A program made the translations under genes and the position numbers. From the NCBI GenBank assembly GCA_021802505.1, contig JAJZXE010000004.1, positions 1 through 48,187 on the forward strand: 48,187 nucleotides of DNA. Direction: 5' to 3'. This DNA comes from Nanobdellota archaeon (GTDB lineage: Archaea > Nanobdellota > Nanobdellia > Parvarchaeales > Parvarchaeaceae). Below the pieces are notes generated by a model. That model did no database searches. It saw only the letters and a program-made list of their open reading frames with translations, and was not told the DNA's origin. Positions 8,617 to 17,571 of the stretch are shown one piece after another (the stretch's first letter is position 1; each line of letters starts with the position of its first letter).

Positions 8617-9204
8617 TTATTTTAATCCATAAACTATTACAGTTGGCAAAATATAATAGTTCTTTTTGTGGAAGGGCAGGCTTTTTTCAAGTTTAATCCC
8701 CTTCATGTCATGCACCGATAATCCATTTTCATCGGCAATTTTTCTTATTTCTTTGTTATTTTTGTAAATGAAGAAGATGTCACCGGCTATACTTTTAATC
8801 TTTTTTATAAATGCAGCTAAACTGAAATTGCTTTGAAATCCGAAGGGAGGGTTTGATATCGCTATATCATACTTGTTCTGGATGTCAAAAAGATCCATAC
8901 ATAATGCGGCCGTATTTCCCAATTCAAGCAGGCTTATGTTATTTTCCGCGGAAGTCACCGCTCTGGCATCAATATCATAGAGGTCTACCTTTTCGGCGCC
9001 CCATACCGCGGCAGATATGCCGAGGATGCCGTTTCCACAGCCTACATCGGCTATATTTTTTCCTCTTATGCCTGCCTGCGAGTCTACAAACTCCATTAAT
9101 TCGTATGCGGCACCGATATCCGTCCTGTACTGCTCTAATTTTAAGTTATTTTTTCCGCTTTTGTCCAGCTTAGATAATATCCTATAAAATTCAATTTTTT
9201 TCAT
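8617..9204 (-). CDS. class I SAM-dependent methyltransferase with NPPF motif (COG2263/METTL5-like)
   Basis: Motif I DVGCGNGILG and motif IV ISNPPFG. 4-nt overlap with gatE. Confidence 0.8.
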   Translation of the reverse strand: MKKIEFYRILSKLDKSGKNNLKLEQYRTDIGAAYELMEFVDSQAGIRGKNIADVGCGNGILGISAAVWGAEKVDLYDIDARAVTSAENNISLLELGNTAALCMDLFDIQNKYDIAISNPPFGFQSNFSLAAFIKKIKSIAGDIFFIYKNNKEIRKIADENGLSVHDMKGIKLEKSLPFHKKNYYILPTVIVYGLK

Positions 9205-11015
9205 TTTTTAATTATTTCCGATGCTATCCTGTATGCATCTTTTGCTTCAAATGTAATTCCAATTCTGTCTTTTAAATTCACTATAAGCGAGTCAATTTTT
9301 TCTATTTTCCCATCACGTACCAGCTTTTTAATCTCGTCTTTAAGCTCGCTTTCACTTCTTTTTTCCAGTTTTTTGTTTTTTATTATCTCTTCAATGTTCT
9401 GTTTTCCGGAGAGGGCTATTTCTTCCATGATTACTCTAGCGGCATCTCTGACTATTTTGCCCTCCTTTATTTTCTCAAGCAAGTCTTCCATGCTGCTGCT
9501 GTTTATTTCCACTCCGAATTTTCTTTTTATATACTTCCACTCCTCAACCGCTATCTGTATTATTATGCTGAATGGAAGACCTGTCTTCTTGTTCAGGTAC
9601 ATTGCTTCATCAAGTTTTCTGGCTGAAATCAGCTGGTCAAGGAATTCGTCAGATATTCCCAGTGAATCCTTTATGGAGTCAACTGTCATTCCTATGTAAT
9701 TTTTGCCGTCTTCCAATGTTTTGCTGTCTATTTCAATTATCGGCAGATCCGTCTCAACGTACATCCTGTCCTTTCCGCCCATCGGCCTGAGAAATCTGGT
9801 AGTATTGTCTTCCTGTACCAGGCGGACTTCCGATGGTACGTCATTTAAAAGATTTTTTATCCTTTCCTTTACAGTCTCCATTGTTTTTTCCTCATATCCC
9901 CTGTCGCAGATGGAGAAAAGAAACGCGTCATTTTCTCCGCAGCCGAGCTTCTTAGCTATGCTTTTCTTAACATCTTCCGTTATCCCATAAGCAGGGAGCT
10001 CATCCGAGTGTATTATGCCGTAATTCAGCTTCACTTTAAGGTAATCGCTTATTTCTCCGCCAAACCTCTTGTTTTCACAGATATACGTTCCCAGTATGCC
10101 TTTTAAACCCTCAAGCTTTATTCCCGCTATGCTTTTACCGTTCTTAACGGCGTTTTTGACAAGATTTGATTCCGTTCCGTTAAAAACCTCCTTTATGTCG
10201 GTTGTTTTACCGTCCAGATTTTTTGCAAGATATCCGCTTTCATTCTTTATCTTTATAAGGCTTTGTTGTCTCCTGGCTTCATTTAGAATCACCTTATCCA
10301 TTTCCCTTATGTTCTGGAATCCCTTCAATTCCACTCTTTTTCCGCCCTCGATCGATAAATTTACATCCTGCCTTATTGTTCCTATTCCCCTCTTTACATT
10401 GAAAAGCCTGGTGAATTTTCCGAACTGCATGGCAATTTCCTTTGCTTCATTTTCATCCGTATCTATAATGCCTGTTGCAATCTCTATGAGAGGTATTCCT
10501 ATCCTGTCGAGGAAGTATACGGTTTCATGGCCGTTTTCCGTTTCCTTTCTGGCGGAATCCTCTTCTATTGAGATAGTGTCTATTTTTATTTTTTTATCCA
10601 TAAATGGGAATTCGCCGTTTACCGCCAGTATTGCAGTTCTTTGGAATCCGGTGGTATTGGAGCCGTCCACTATCGTCTTTCTCATGAAGACAAGATTCTT
10701 TAGCAGGTATGAATTCAGTGCGCACGACAGGTTTACGCCGGTGGAAAGTGCACTCTCATCTATTTCATGAGGGGGCTCTTCATCTATGTCTACAAGGCAG
10801 TCCGTATCCTCAAACAATTTATACGTTATTTTTCTGGTTTTCATGCCTTCAAATTCCGCACTTACATCTATTCTGCCTTCTTCTCCAAACGAGGGCCTTA
10901 TAAGCCTTTTTATCTCTTCATAACCTTTGTTTTCCTTTATCTCCGATTTACACCTGCAGAAAAGTTTCCCCGAATCAATCTGTACATGCCACTCAAATCC
11001 GCATTTTATTTTCAT
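9201..11015 (-). CDS. gatE: Glu-tRNA(Gln) amidotransferase subunit E
   Basis: 604 aa. N-terminus MKIKCGFEWHVQ...KLFCRC is typical of GatE/GatB. 4-nt overlap with gatD upstream. Confidence 0.95.
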   Translation of the reverse strand: MKIKCGFEWHVQIDSGKLFCRCKSEIKENKGYEEIKRLIRPSFGEEGRIDVSAEFEGMKTRKITYKLFEDTDCLVDIDEEPPHEIDESALSTGVNLSCALNSYLLKNLVFMRKTIVDGSNTTGFQRTAILAVNGEFPFMDKKIKIDTISIEEDSARKETENGHETVYFLDRIGIPLIEIATGIIDTDENEAKEIAMQFGKFTRLFNVKRGIGTIRQDVNLSIEGGKRVELKGFQNIREMDKVILNEARRQQSLIKIKNESGYLAKNLDGKTTDIKEVFNGTESNLVKNAVKNGKSIAGIKLEGLKGILGTYICENKRFGGEISDYLKVKLNYGIIHSDELPAYGITEDVKKSIAKKLGCGENDAFLFSICDRGYEEKTMETVKERIKNLLNDVPSEVRLVQEDNTTRFLRPMGGKDRMYVETDLPIIEIDSKTLEDGKNYIGMTVDSIKDSLGISDEFLDQLISARKLDEAMYLNKKTGLPFSIIIQIAVEEWKYIKRKFGVEINSSSMEDLLEKIKEGKIVRDAARVIMEEIALSGKQNIEEIIKNKKLEKRSESELKDEIKKLVRDGKIEKIDSLIVNLKDRIGITFEAKDAYRIASEIIKK

Positions 11016-12310
11016 ATCAAAAAATCAGATACACCACTCCGCTCCCTTTTTTCTCCGGCAAGATTTTTCTGCATCATTTCCCTTATGTCTTCGATTTTTT
11101 TGCAGTTTCCGAGGGCAAACATCATCTTTACAAATGCCGTTTCTGTTGTCATATCCCCGGTATAGATTATATTCCCGAACTTTGATGTTTCTCTGAGCGT
11201 GCTGTACACAAATCTATTCGTTGCCCCGTATATTGTCTGGGAGGTTATAGCCACCGGTACGTCCGCGTTTTCCGCTTTTTTTAGCGCATTCAGAATCGTT
11301 TTGTCCTCCAAAGGAAGATTTCCGAACCCAGTAGCCGCAATCACGAGACCGTGTACTTTTTTGTCTATGTAATAATCTATGATATCCCCGCCCATCGAAG
11401 GATAACTGTATATCATTTTCACCTTTTCATCTATTTTGCCGTTTAACTTTGTTGAGCCGCTTTTGTTTATGATCTCAGTGGAAGCATCTTTTATCTCTCC
11501 GTCCATGTACACCCTTGCGAGTGGTTTTATGTTTATCGGCCGAAATGCATCTCTTCTCTCCGTATGCATTTTTCTGGCCTTATTGCCCCTTAATATATAA
11601 TTGTATTCATCGTTTAGGTCTGCATGCATGCATATGACGGATTCTCCGCCAGTAAACTTTTTAGCGGTTATCGCAGACAAAAGCAGATTTGTAGATGCGT
11701 CGGTAGACCCTCTGTCCGTGCTCCTTTGTGAACCTGTAAAAACCACCGGTGCTGACAACGGATTCAAAAGAAATGACAATGCGGATGATGCAAAGTGCAT
11801 CGTATCAGTTCCGCTGGTGATTATCACTCCTTTGCTGCCATTTTTAATCGATGAATACGCTTCATTCGCTATTTTTAACCAGTCCGAGGGAAGCATATTT
11901 TCGGATAATTTTCTCATGAGATTCACTATTGTTATCTTTCCCTGCTTTTTCAGATCCGGAGACAACTGAAAGTAATACTCACTGTCCATGGACGGTGAAA
12001 CCCCTCCCGTCTTGTAATCTATTTTAGAAGAGATAGTGCCGCCGGTTGTTATAATTGTCAGGTCAGCATTTTCTTCAACATGCATTTTATCTTTTTCCGC
12101 GGTTTTGTCAACGATAGCAGATTTTTCGATTACAGTCAGATTATCAATGGAGTCTATCGGGAGCGCTACGTCGTATCCTGATTTTAACTTTACGATTATT
12201 AGATTATCCTCTTCTTTTATGAAGTCCCCGTTGAAAATTTGATTTTCTATTTTTATCTCTACTAAATCTCCAAATGCCAGATTTTTGGTCTCTACTTTCT
12301 TAGCGGTCAT
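11012..12310 (-). CDS. gatD: Glu-tRNA(Gln) amidotransferase subunit D (asparaginase-like)
   Basis: 432 aa. Asparaginase motifs TGGTISS and SGTDTM. Adjacent to gatE. Confidence 0.95.
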   Translation of the reverse strand: MTAKKVETKNLAFGDLVEIKIENQIFNGDFIKEEDNLIIVKLKSGYDVALPIDSIDNLTVIEKSAIVDKTAEKDKMHVEENADLTIITTGGTISSKIDYKTGGVSPSMDSEYYFQLSPDLKKQGKITIVNLMRKLSENMLPSDWLKIANEAYSSIKNGSKGVIITSGTDTMHFASSALSFLLNPLSAPVVFTGSQRSTDRGSTDASTNLLLSAITAKKFTGGESVICMHADLNDEYNYILRGNKARKMHTERRDAFRPINIKPLARVYMDGEIKDASTEIINKSGSTKLNGKIDEKVKMIYSYPSMGGDIIDYYIDKKVHGLVIAATGFGNLPLEDKTILNALKKAENADVPVAITSQTIYGATNRFVYSTLRETSKFGNIIYTGDMTTETAFVKMMFALGNCKKIEDIREMMQKNLAGEKRERSGVSDFLI

Positions 12311-12528
12311 TATAATATTTATATCCGCTCCGTTTTAACTCTTTTCATTCAAACCGCCATGAAACTGCATTCAGGGTTTTCCAGCCTGTAATCCGTTTTT
12401 TAAAGATAATGTGACTTATAGATGAGTGAACTACCTGCGTTGAATATTTTAAAACCTCTAATATAAAAAGAATTATAAACACGCGGGAACTCTGTAAATT
12501 GTGTCAGTCTTTATGAAAATTATATATA

Positions 12529-12933
12529 TTGTTATATCTGGCGTTGATTCCGGTGTTAAGCCTGTTGATGGCACCGTTTTTTAATCCGCACTATGCCATC
12601 TATACAGGAATATACTTTTACAATAATGTCTATAACTTCAACATGAATGCATTTTCCGCCGTTATAGATTTCATTGCGATGCTGGGAGTGTATACGGCGG
12701 TATTGCTGACAAGGCTGAGAGGGAATCCGTTCGCAGTGCTTGCATCCCTGGGAATAGCCATCAGCATGCTTGGATTTTACGGCATTTACACTCCTTTTGT
12801 GATAACAGCGAGCATACTTGGAATAAGCGATTTTTTCATCATAATTGCGATGATGTTTGTAAGTTATGACATTGGCAGGTGCTATAATAAAAGTACGCGG
12901 GATAGGCATCGCAGAAGCATCCGTAAGATATAA
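12529..12933 (+). CDS. hypothetical integral membrane protein
   Basis: 134-aa ORF with several hydrophobic segments. Preferred over the overlapping antisense ORF 12556-12981. Confidence 0.4.
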   Translation: MLYLALIPVLSLLMAPFFNPHYAIYTGIYFYNNVYNFNMNAFSAVIDFIAMLGVYTAVLLTRLRGNPFAVLASLGIAISMLGFYGIYTPFVITASILGISDFFIIIAMMFVSYDIGRCYNKSTRDRHRRSIRKI

Positions 12934-13068
12934 TCTGTCGCGTATAGTAATGGCTTTTTGTATAAAGTTATTTTTTACCATCCTATAAAAATTCCAACAA
13001 TAGATACTTTATGACAATAATCTTTTTAAATGGGAAAAGACTACTATAGTTATTTAAATAAATAGAAT

Positions 13069-13098
13069 AAATTTGAATGTTGGGGAACATTCAAATTT
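13069..13098. repeat. perfect inverted repeat with 13-bp arms and a GGGG loop, upstream of ftsZ1
   Basis: AAATTTGAATGTT-GGGG-AACATTCAAATTT read directly. A second hairpin, GTAAGT-TTTGGGGTC-ACTTAC, lies at 13111-13131 and is followed by a T-run. Confidence 0.5.
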
Positions 13099-13209
13099 TA
13101 ATCGTAACGTGTAAGTTTTGGGGTCACTTACTTGTTTTTCTTAATAAAATAAAGACATGTTGGGAATATAAAGCTTTCGCTTTTGTTTCCAACATAACGG
13201 AGGGAAAAA

Positions 13210-14295
13210 ATGGTAATGGATTTGCTTGTGGAAAGCGCATTGAAAGCCAGTAGGGAGGGGGGTATCAACGAACCTTTATTCAACCAGGCTCTTATAAAAG
13301 TTATAGGGGTCGGCGGCGGCGGAAATAATATGGGCAATTGGCTCTTTAAAAAAGGAGTCAAGGGCGCTGAAGTAATTCTGGCCAATACGGACCAGATACA
13401 GCTCAATGCAAGGAATGGTGATAAAAAGATCCTTATCGGAAAGGAGCTTACGAAGGGATTAGGTGCGGGCGGTTTTCCTGAAAAAGGAAGGATGGCTGCA
13501 GAAGAATCCTCAAGGGAAATAAAGGATTCGCTCAGAGGAGCGGATTTGGTATTTGTATGTGCAGGCCTAGGAGGAGGAACGGGTACCGGTGCTGCGCCTG
13601 TCGTCGCAAAAATTGCAAAGGACATGGGCGCAATCGTAATAAGTACGGTAACGATGCCTTTCAAGACTGAAAGAAAAAGAGTAGAATCCGCTGAATCGGG
13701 TTTGGAAGAATTAAGGAACAGCTCCGACACTGTTATAGTGATAGACAATAACAGGCTCGTAAGCATGGCCGGGAACCTTCCGATAGACCAGGCATTTAAC
13801 GTTGCCAATGAGGTCGTTGCAACCATGATAAAGGGAATAGTTGAGACTATCTCGGACGCAAGCGCATTGGTTCACCTTGATTTTGCTGATATAAAGGCAA
13901 TAATGAACAAGGGCGGCGTTTCTGTGATCGGAATCGGTGAAACAGACGCTTCAGATTCCAGAGTAACCGAAGTAGTAAGAAGAGCCTTGAATAATCCTCT
14001 TCTTGACGTAAGTTACAAAGGCGCGAAGGGAGCACTGATACACATCTCCGGAGGGCCGGATTTAACCCTTGCAGAAGTCAACCAGATCGGAGAAATGGCG
14101 ACTCAATCTTTGGACCCTGATGCAGTAGTCATATGGGGCGCAAAAGTCGATGAGTCGTTGTCCGGAAAGCTGAGGGTCATGACAATAATTACCGGAGTGA
14201 GTTCTCCGTATTTATTGGGACCTGAGGAGATAAACACCCTCTCCAAGACAACTGGCGCAATAAACCAGGAACTTGGCATAGAGATATTAAAGTAA
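13210..14295 (+). CDS. ftsZ: cell division GTPase FtsZ (paralog 1)
   Basis: IKVIGVGGGGNN and the tubulin signature GGGTGTGAAP. 361 aa. Confidence 0.95.
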   Translation: MVMDLLVESALKASREGGINEPLFNQALIKVIGVGGGGNNMGNWLFKKGVKGAEVILANTDQIQLNARNGDKKILIGKELTKGLGAGGFPEKGRMAAEESSREIKDSLRGADLVFVCAGLGGGTGTGAAPVVAKIAKDMGAIVISTVTMPFKTERKRVESAESGLEELRNSSDTVIVIDNNRLVSMAGNLPIDQAFNVANEVVATMIKGIVETISDASALVHLDFADIKAIMNKGGVSVIGIGETDASDSRVTEVVRRALNNPLLDVSYKGAKGALIHISGGPDLTLAEVNQIGEMATQSLDPDAVVIWGAKVDESLSGKLRVMTIITGVSSPYLLGPEEINTLSKTTGAINQELGIEILK

Positions 14296-14303
14296 TTTGT
14301 TTT

Positions 14304-14319
14304 GGCCCTTTTTAGGGCC
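14304..14319. terminator. hairpin GGCCC-TTTTTA-GGGCC between convergent ftsZ1 and padR-like genes
   Basis: 5-bp GC stem in a T-rich context, immediately after the ftsZ1 stop. Confidence 0.4.
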
Positions 14320-14353
14320 TTATCTTGTTTATCAAAATTTCCTCAAAATAAAG

Positions 14354-14371
14354 CGGGGGTATAATCCCCCG
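14354..14371. terminator. hairpin CGGGGG-TATAAT-CCCCCG next to the 3' end of the PadR-like gene
   Basis: 6-bp GC stem read directly, located between convergent genes. Confidence 0.4.
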
Positions 14372-14376
14372 TCCCC

Positions 14377-14670
14377 CTATTTCTCGATTTCAGAGTACAG
14401 CCTTTCAAAGTATGAAAGCGCTTTCTTCTCTTCGGAAAGGCCCTTTTTAGTTATCGAATAAACTTTTCTTTTGCCGCGTCTTTTTCCGACTATTAATTCC
14501 GCCTTTGAAAGTCTCTTAAGCGCTGGGTATATCGTGCTTGCGACCGGCTTTTTTCCGCGGTATTTTTCTATATTTGTGGCTATTTCTTCCCCGCACAGAT
14601 CTTCCTTCTTAAGCATGTTTAATATCTGAAATGAAAGCATGCCTCTCATGTCGCAACTGACTTTTTTCAT
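14377..14670 (-). CDS. PadR-family winged-helix transcriptional regulator
   Basis: 97 aa. The pattern ILNMLKKEDLCGEEIA...STIYPALKRLSKAELI...KVYSITKKG matches PadR. Confidence 0.75.
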   Translation of the reverse strand: MKKVSCDMRGMLSFQILNMLKKEDLCGEEIATNIEKYRGKKPVASTIYPALKRLSKAELIVGKRRGKRKVYSITKKGLSEEKKALSYFERLYSEIEK

Positions 14671-14705
14671 ACGTTTCCTATGAAATTATCGTTTTTATAT
14701 CTTAA

Positions 14706-15188
14706 ATGACATATGAAAATATGCTGGATATAAAAAACGGGCAGGCTCTGCAGGAATTTTATAACGATTTCATTTATAGTTCCAGAAAAAGGCTGTCGTC
14801 TTTGCTGGAGGATAAAAACATCGAGGACGTTAAATTTTTGAGGTCAAATCTTGAGGTATGCATCAAAAACTACGGCCTGGTCACAGCTATATCCGAAAGA
14901 CTACTTTCAATGAGGGGAGACAGGGAAATGCTTAGTAAATTAAAGATTGAATACAAGTACCACGATCCCGGAGCCATAGAAAAAGCATACTTTAATTCTA
15001 TTGACTACATAGAAAGATTCTATCACGGGATAGCGGAGGATTTCATTGAAAAATTAAACAGCAAAAGTTCTTTGACCGAGATATATAACTGCGAAGTGGA
15101 ATTCAATAGCATGCTTTACAGTTTTATGCACGATTATAGCCAAGTAGTAGACAGTGCGTATATACCTTCTTTAAAGGTTATAATATAA
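14706..15188 (+). CDS. hypothetical protein (helical), divergent from the PadR-like gene
   Basis: 160-aa ORF with an ATG start and a 35-nt divergent intergenic region. No motif recognised. Confidence 0.45.
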   Translation: MTYENMLDIKNGQALQEFYNDFIYSSRKRLSSLLEDKNIEDVKFLRSNLEVCIKNYGLVTAISERLLSMRGDREMLSKLKIEYKYHDPGAIEKAYFNSIDYIERFYHGIAEDFIEKLNSKSSLTEIYNCEVEFNSMLYSFMHDYSQVVDSAYIPSLKVII

Positions 15189-15205
15189 AATTGCCATAAT
15201 ATAAA

Positions 15206-15730
15206 ATGGAAAATATTGTCTACAGTTCCCCCCGGAAAACAATGAGGATAGAAGAGGGATATTCGTCTGTACGCGGAAAAAAACTGAGGAATTTCAGGAT
15301 ATTGAAGAATGATGCGGTGGTAATCCTCCCTTTTTTGGATGAAGACACAATAATAATGGAAAGACAGTTCAGGTTTGCCGTAAAGCGGAAAATACTGGAG
15401 CTGCCGGCAGGTTCTATAGAAAAAAATGAAAGCAGGGAAAATGCGGTCAAAAGGGAGCTTGCGGAGGAAGTGGGCTATTACCCAAGAAAATTAAAGCTGA
15501 TGTTTAAAACCTGGAACAATCCCGCCATAATGGATTATGTAGAATACCACTATCTGGCCTATAATCTGGTAAAAAAGAAGGGGAGTCCGGATGAAACTGA
15601 GCTTATAACCCCTGTCAAAATAAAATTTGATGAAGCTGTCAGCAGGGCGTATACCGGCGGAATAATGGACACAAAATCCATGTTGTCCCTGCTCTTTTAC
15701 CTGCAGAGATACAGAAGAAAAGATAAATAG
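15206..15730 (+). CDS. NUDIX hydrolase (ADP-ribose pyrophosphatase-like)
   Basis: Nudix box: GSIEKNESRENAVKRELAEEVGY. Confidence 0.85.
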   Translation: MENIVYSSPRKTMRIEEGYSSVRGKKLRNFRILKNDAVVILPFLDEDTIIMERQFRFAVKRKILELPAGSIEKNESRENAVKRELAEEVGYYPRKLKLMFKTWNNPAIMDYVEYHYLAYNLVKKKGSPDETELITPVKIKFDEAVSRAYTGGIMDTKSMLSLLFYLQRYRRKDK

Positions 15731-15750
15731 AAATACCGCTTTTAATCCGG

Positions 15751-16380
15751 ATGGATGAACTTTTTGTTTCATTGCACTGCTTTAAATTTGGTTCATTTGA
15801 AGATTCCGCCGGCAAAAAGGAACTGTTTCAGAAAATAAACAGAATAGCGGAGGAGCTTTCCAAGAAAGGGATATTTGTATGCCGCCAGTTTTTTTCAATA
15901 AAATATAATGCCGATCTGATACTATTCAACATTGCCGGTTCATATGAACTTCTTTTTTCATTCAAAGAGAAATTAACTGCTATTTCGGATAAAATATTGA
16001 CTGAAACTTACAGTTATTTTTCCGTGTACGAACATCCAAATACCCAGTATTTGAAAGAAGACGACGAAACAAAATATCTTGTGGCTTATCCCGTAAAAAA
16101 GGATCCGGCCTGGTATCTTTTAGACAAAAGCGAGCAGGAGAGGATAACAAAAGAACACGTCAGTATGGCAGTAAACGACCCGAACAACAAAAAAATACGC
16201 TCATACACGACGTACTCATTCGCGGTTGACGATTTTGAATTCCTGGTTCTATACGAAGTTGCATCATTGCCGGAGTGGATGAGGGTCGCAAGGGATCTTA
16301 GAAAAGCGGAAGCGAGGAAATGGATAACCGTTGAAAGTCCTGTTTTCGTCGGAGAGAAGGTCGGTTTGCTCATTGATTGA
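15751..16380 (+). CDS. chlorite dismutase-like / HemQ-like family protein
   Basis: The pattern YLVAYPVKKDPAWYLL...ITKEH...SYTTYSFAVDDFEFLVLYE...EWMRVARDLRKAEARKW is typical of Cld-like proteins. Confidence 0.7.
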   Translation: MDELFVSLHCFKFGSFEDSAGKKELFQKINRIAEELSKKGIFVCRQFFSIKYNADLILFNIAGSYELLFSFKEKLTAISDKILTETYSYFSVYEHPNTQYLKEDDETKYLVAYPVKKDPAWYLLDKSEQERITKEHVSMAVNDPNNKKIRSYTTYSFAVDDFEFLVLYEVASLPEWMRVARDLRKAEARKWITVESPVFVGEKVGLLID

Positions 16381-16681
16381 CTTCATTTAACTGCGTAAAT
16401 ATCCTGTGGTAGGGCCTTCCTTCAATTATACCTTTTCCGTATTCCGTCGTGTCCTTAAAAGCCTTTGCAGTTGTGAATTCTCTGAACGAATCCGTATCCT
16501 TCCATTCGCTGTATATCATGTATTCTGTAACAGTGTCATTGTCGCCGACCTTTTTGTATATCGCAGCGGTCTCGAATCCCCTTACGTTATTTTTCAGGTA
16601 CTCGACAACTTTCTGAAACGTGTCTTCAAACTCCTTTTCATGGCCCTTTTTAACGTTATAGTACAGCCCGACGTTTATCAT
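16370..16681 (-). CDS. antibiotic-biosynthesis-monooxygenase (ABM) domain protein
   Basis: 103 aa. The pattern GHEKEFEDTF...YSEWKDTDSFREF is an ABM/ferredoxin-like pattern. 11-nt convergent overlap with the Cld-like gene. Confidence 0.65.
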   Translation of the reverse strand: MINVGLYYNVKKGHEKEFEDTFQKVVEYLKNNVRGFETAAIYKKVGDNDTVTEYMIYSEWKDTDSFREFTTAKAFKDTTEYGKGIIEGRPYHRIFTQLNEVNQ

Positions 16682-17044
16682 ACAATTTAAATCGGTCTAT
16701 TATTTATAAACCTATATAACAAGAATCTTTTTTATAGGAGTGAGGAGCCGCTGTACAGGATACTTAAAAACCATTTATTTTTGATTAATTCAGTAAACTG
16801 GCTTTAAGTATATCCTGCCCAAGTGCTTAGATTGGTAGGATTTAGGATTTTCGCCCGGAGTTTCGAATTATCCGTTTCCGATAAGATGTTTGTTCCGCTC
16901 CGGGTGATGTTTACCTATTTCATACTGCCCTTGCAGGTCTCATTACCAGCGGTCTAATACTCTCCCAGTCCCTGACCAGGATTGACAGCATCCCGCATCT
17001 TCGGGCCATATGCGTATCAGGCACGCTGTTTACTTGGCCTGTTG

Positions 17045-17368
17045 TTATACAGAAGGAGTGTAACTGTCTAGCACCTTCTCCCACAATCCCGACACGAACC
17101 TGTCAATGTGTATGACCTTATAACTATCTACACCTTCATCCACTAAGTAATCCGCTTCGAAGACATTTACAGGACTAAGTTGAGACCCGCCATCTCTTAT
17201 ATAATCGATTTCAAGGTGCCTGCCTTTAACTACAGGCTGGTACCAACCAGGATTAAAGGGTGTGATCCTGATAGAAGTAATATTTATACTGCTATCTTTT
17301 GGAAAAGACAGGATAAGCCGTTCATTCCCATTGCCGAGTCTGTACAGCAAGTTAGCCTGCTTTATCAC
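17045..17368 (-). CDS. hypothetical protein (islet ORF)
   Basis: 107 aa. The GTG start overlaps the upstream stop (GTGA). No motif recognised. Confidence 0.4.
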   Translation of the reverse strand: MIKQANLLYRLGNGNERLILSFPKDSSINITSIRITPFNPGWYQPVVKGRHLEIDYIRDGGSQLSPVNVFEADYLVDEGVDSYKVIHIDRFVSGLWEKVLDSYTPSV

Positions 17369-17571
17369 TCTTTCCAGACCACCTTTTGCTTCTCCCGCGT
17401 TTTCGTTGGAAAGTTTTTTGGCGACCTCTCAGCAATAACAAATACTCCCTCTGGATGAGGATACTTATACATAGCCTCATACTGGTATGCACTCAATCTT
17501 CCCGGAATCCTATCCCCCAATATCTTTCCCAGACCATCAATTCGGTCCGTTTTCATCCCTACATTCTCCAT
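17365..17571 (-). CDS. hypothetical protein (islet ORF)
   Basis: 68 aa. Overlaps both neighbours, by 4 nt and by 13 nt. Confidence 0.35.
   Translation of the reverse strand: MENVGMKTDRIDGLGKILGDRIPGRLSAYQYEAMYKYPHPEGVFVIAERSPKNFPTKTREKQKVVWKE

Noticed and set aside
10069-10770. 233-aa plus-strand ORF inside gatE, and similar antisense ORFs at 2468-3151, 9373-9990 and 24966-25586
   Set aside because: These overlap confidently assigned genes on the opposite strand, and their products are low-complexity. They are treated as spurious.
13571-13593. 23-nt stretch GGAGGAACGGGTACCGGTGCTGC, identical in ftsZ1 and ftsZ2 (second copy at about 28521-28543)
   Set aside because: It encodes the invariant tubulin signature GGTGTGAA in both paralogues. 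It is most simply explained by shared codon preference, with limited gene conversion also possible. It is not a mobile or regulatory repeat.
13128-13826. 232-aa ORF antisense to ftsZ1
   Set aside because: The plus-strand frame matches FtsZ over its whole length, including GGGTGTGAAP. The antisense product is low-complexity (S/P/A/F/L-rich) with no recognisable motif. It is a shadow ORF.
16690-17044. Possible SRP RNA or RNase P RNA in the ORF-free, G+C-richer stretch next to the islet
   Set aside because: I looked on both strands for the hallmark motifs: GGAAGG-AGCA-type helix 8 elements for SRP RNA, and GAGGAAAGTCC (CR-I) for RNase P. Neither was found. CCTGGTCAGGGACTGGGAG on the minus strand is only superficially 4.5S-like.
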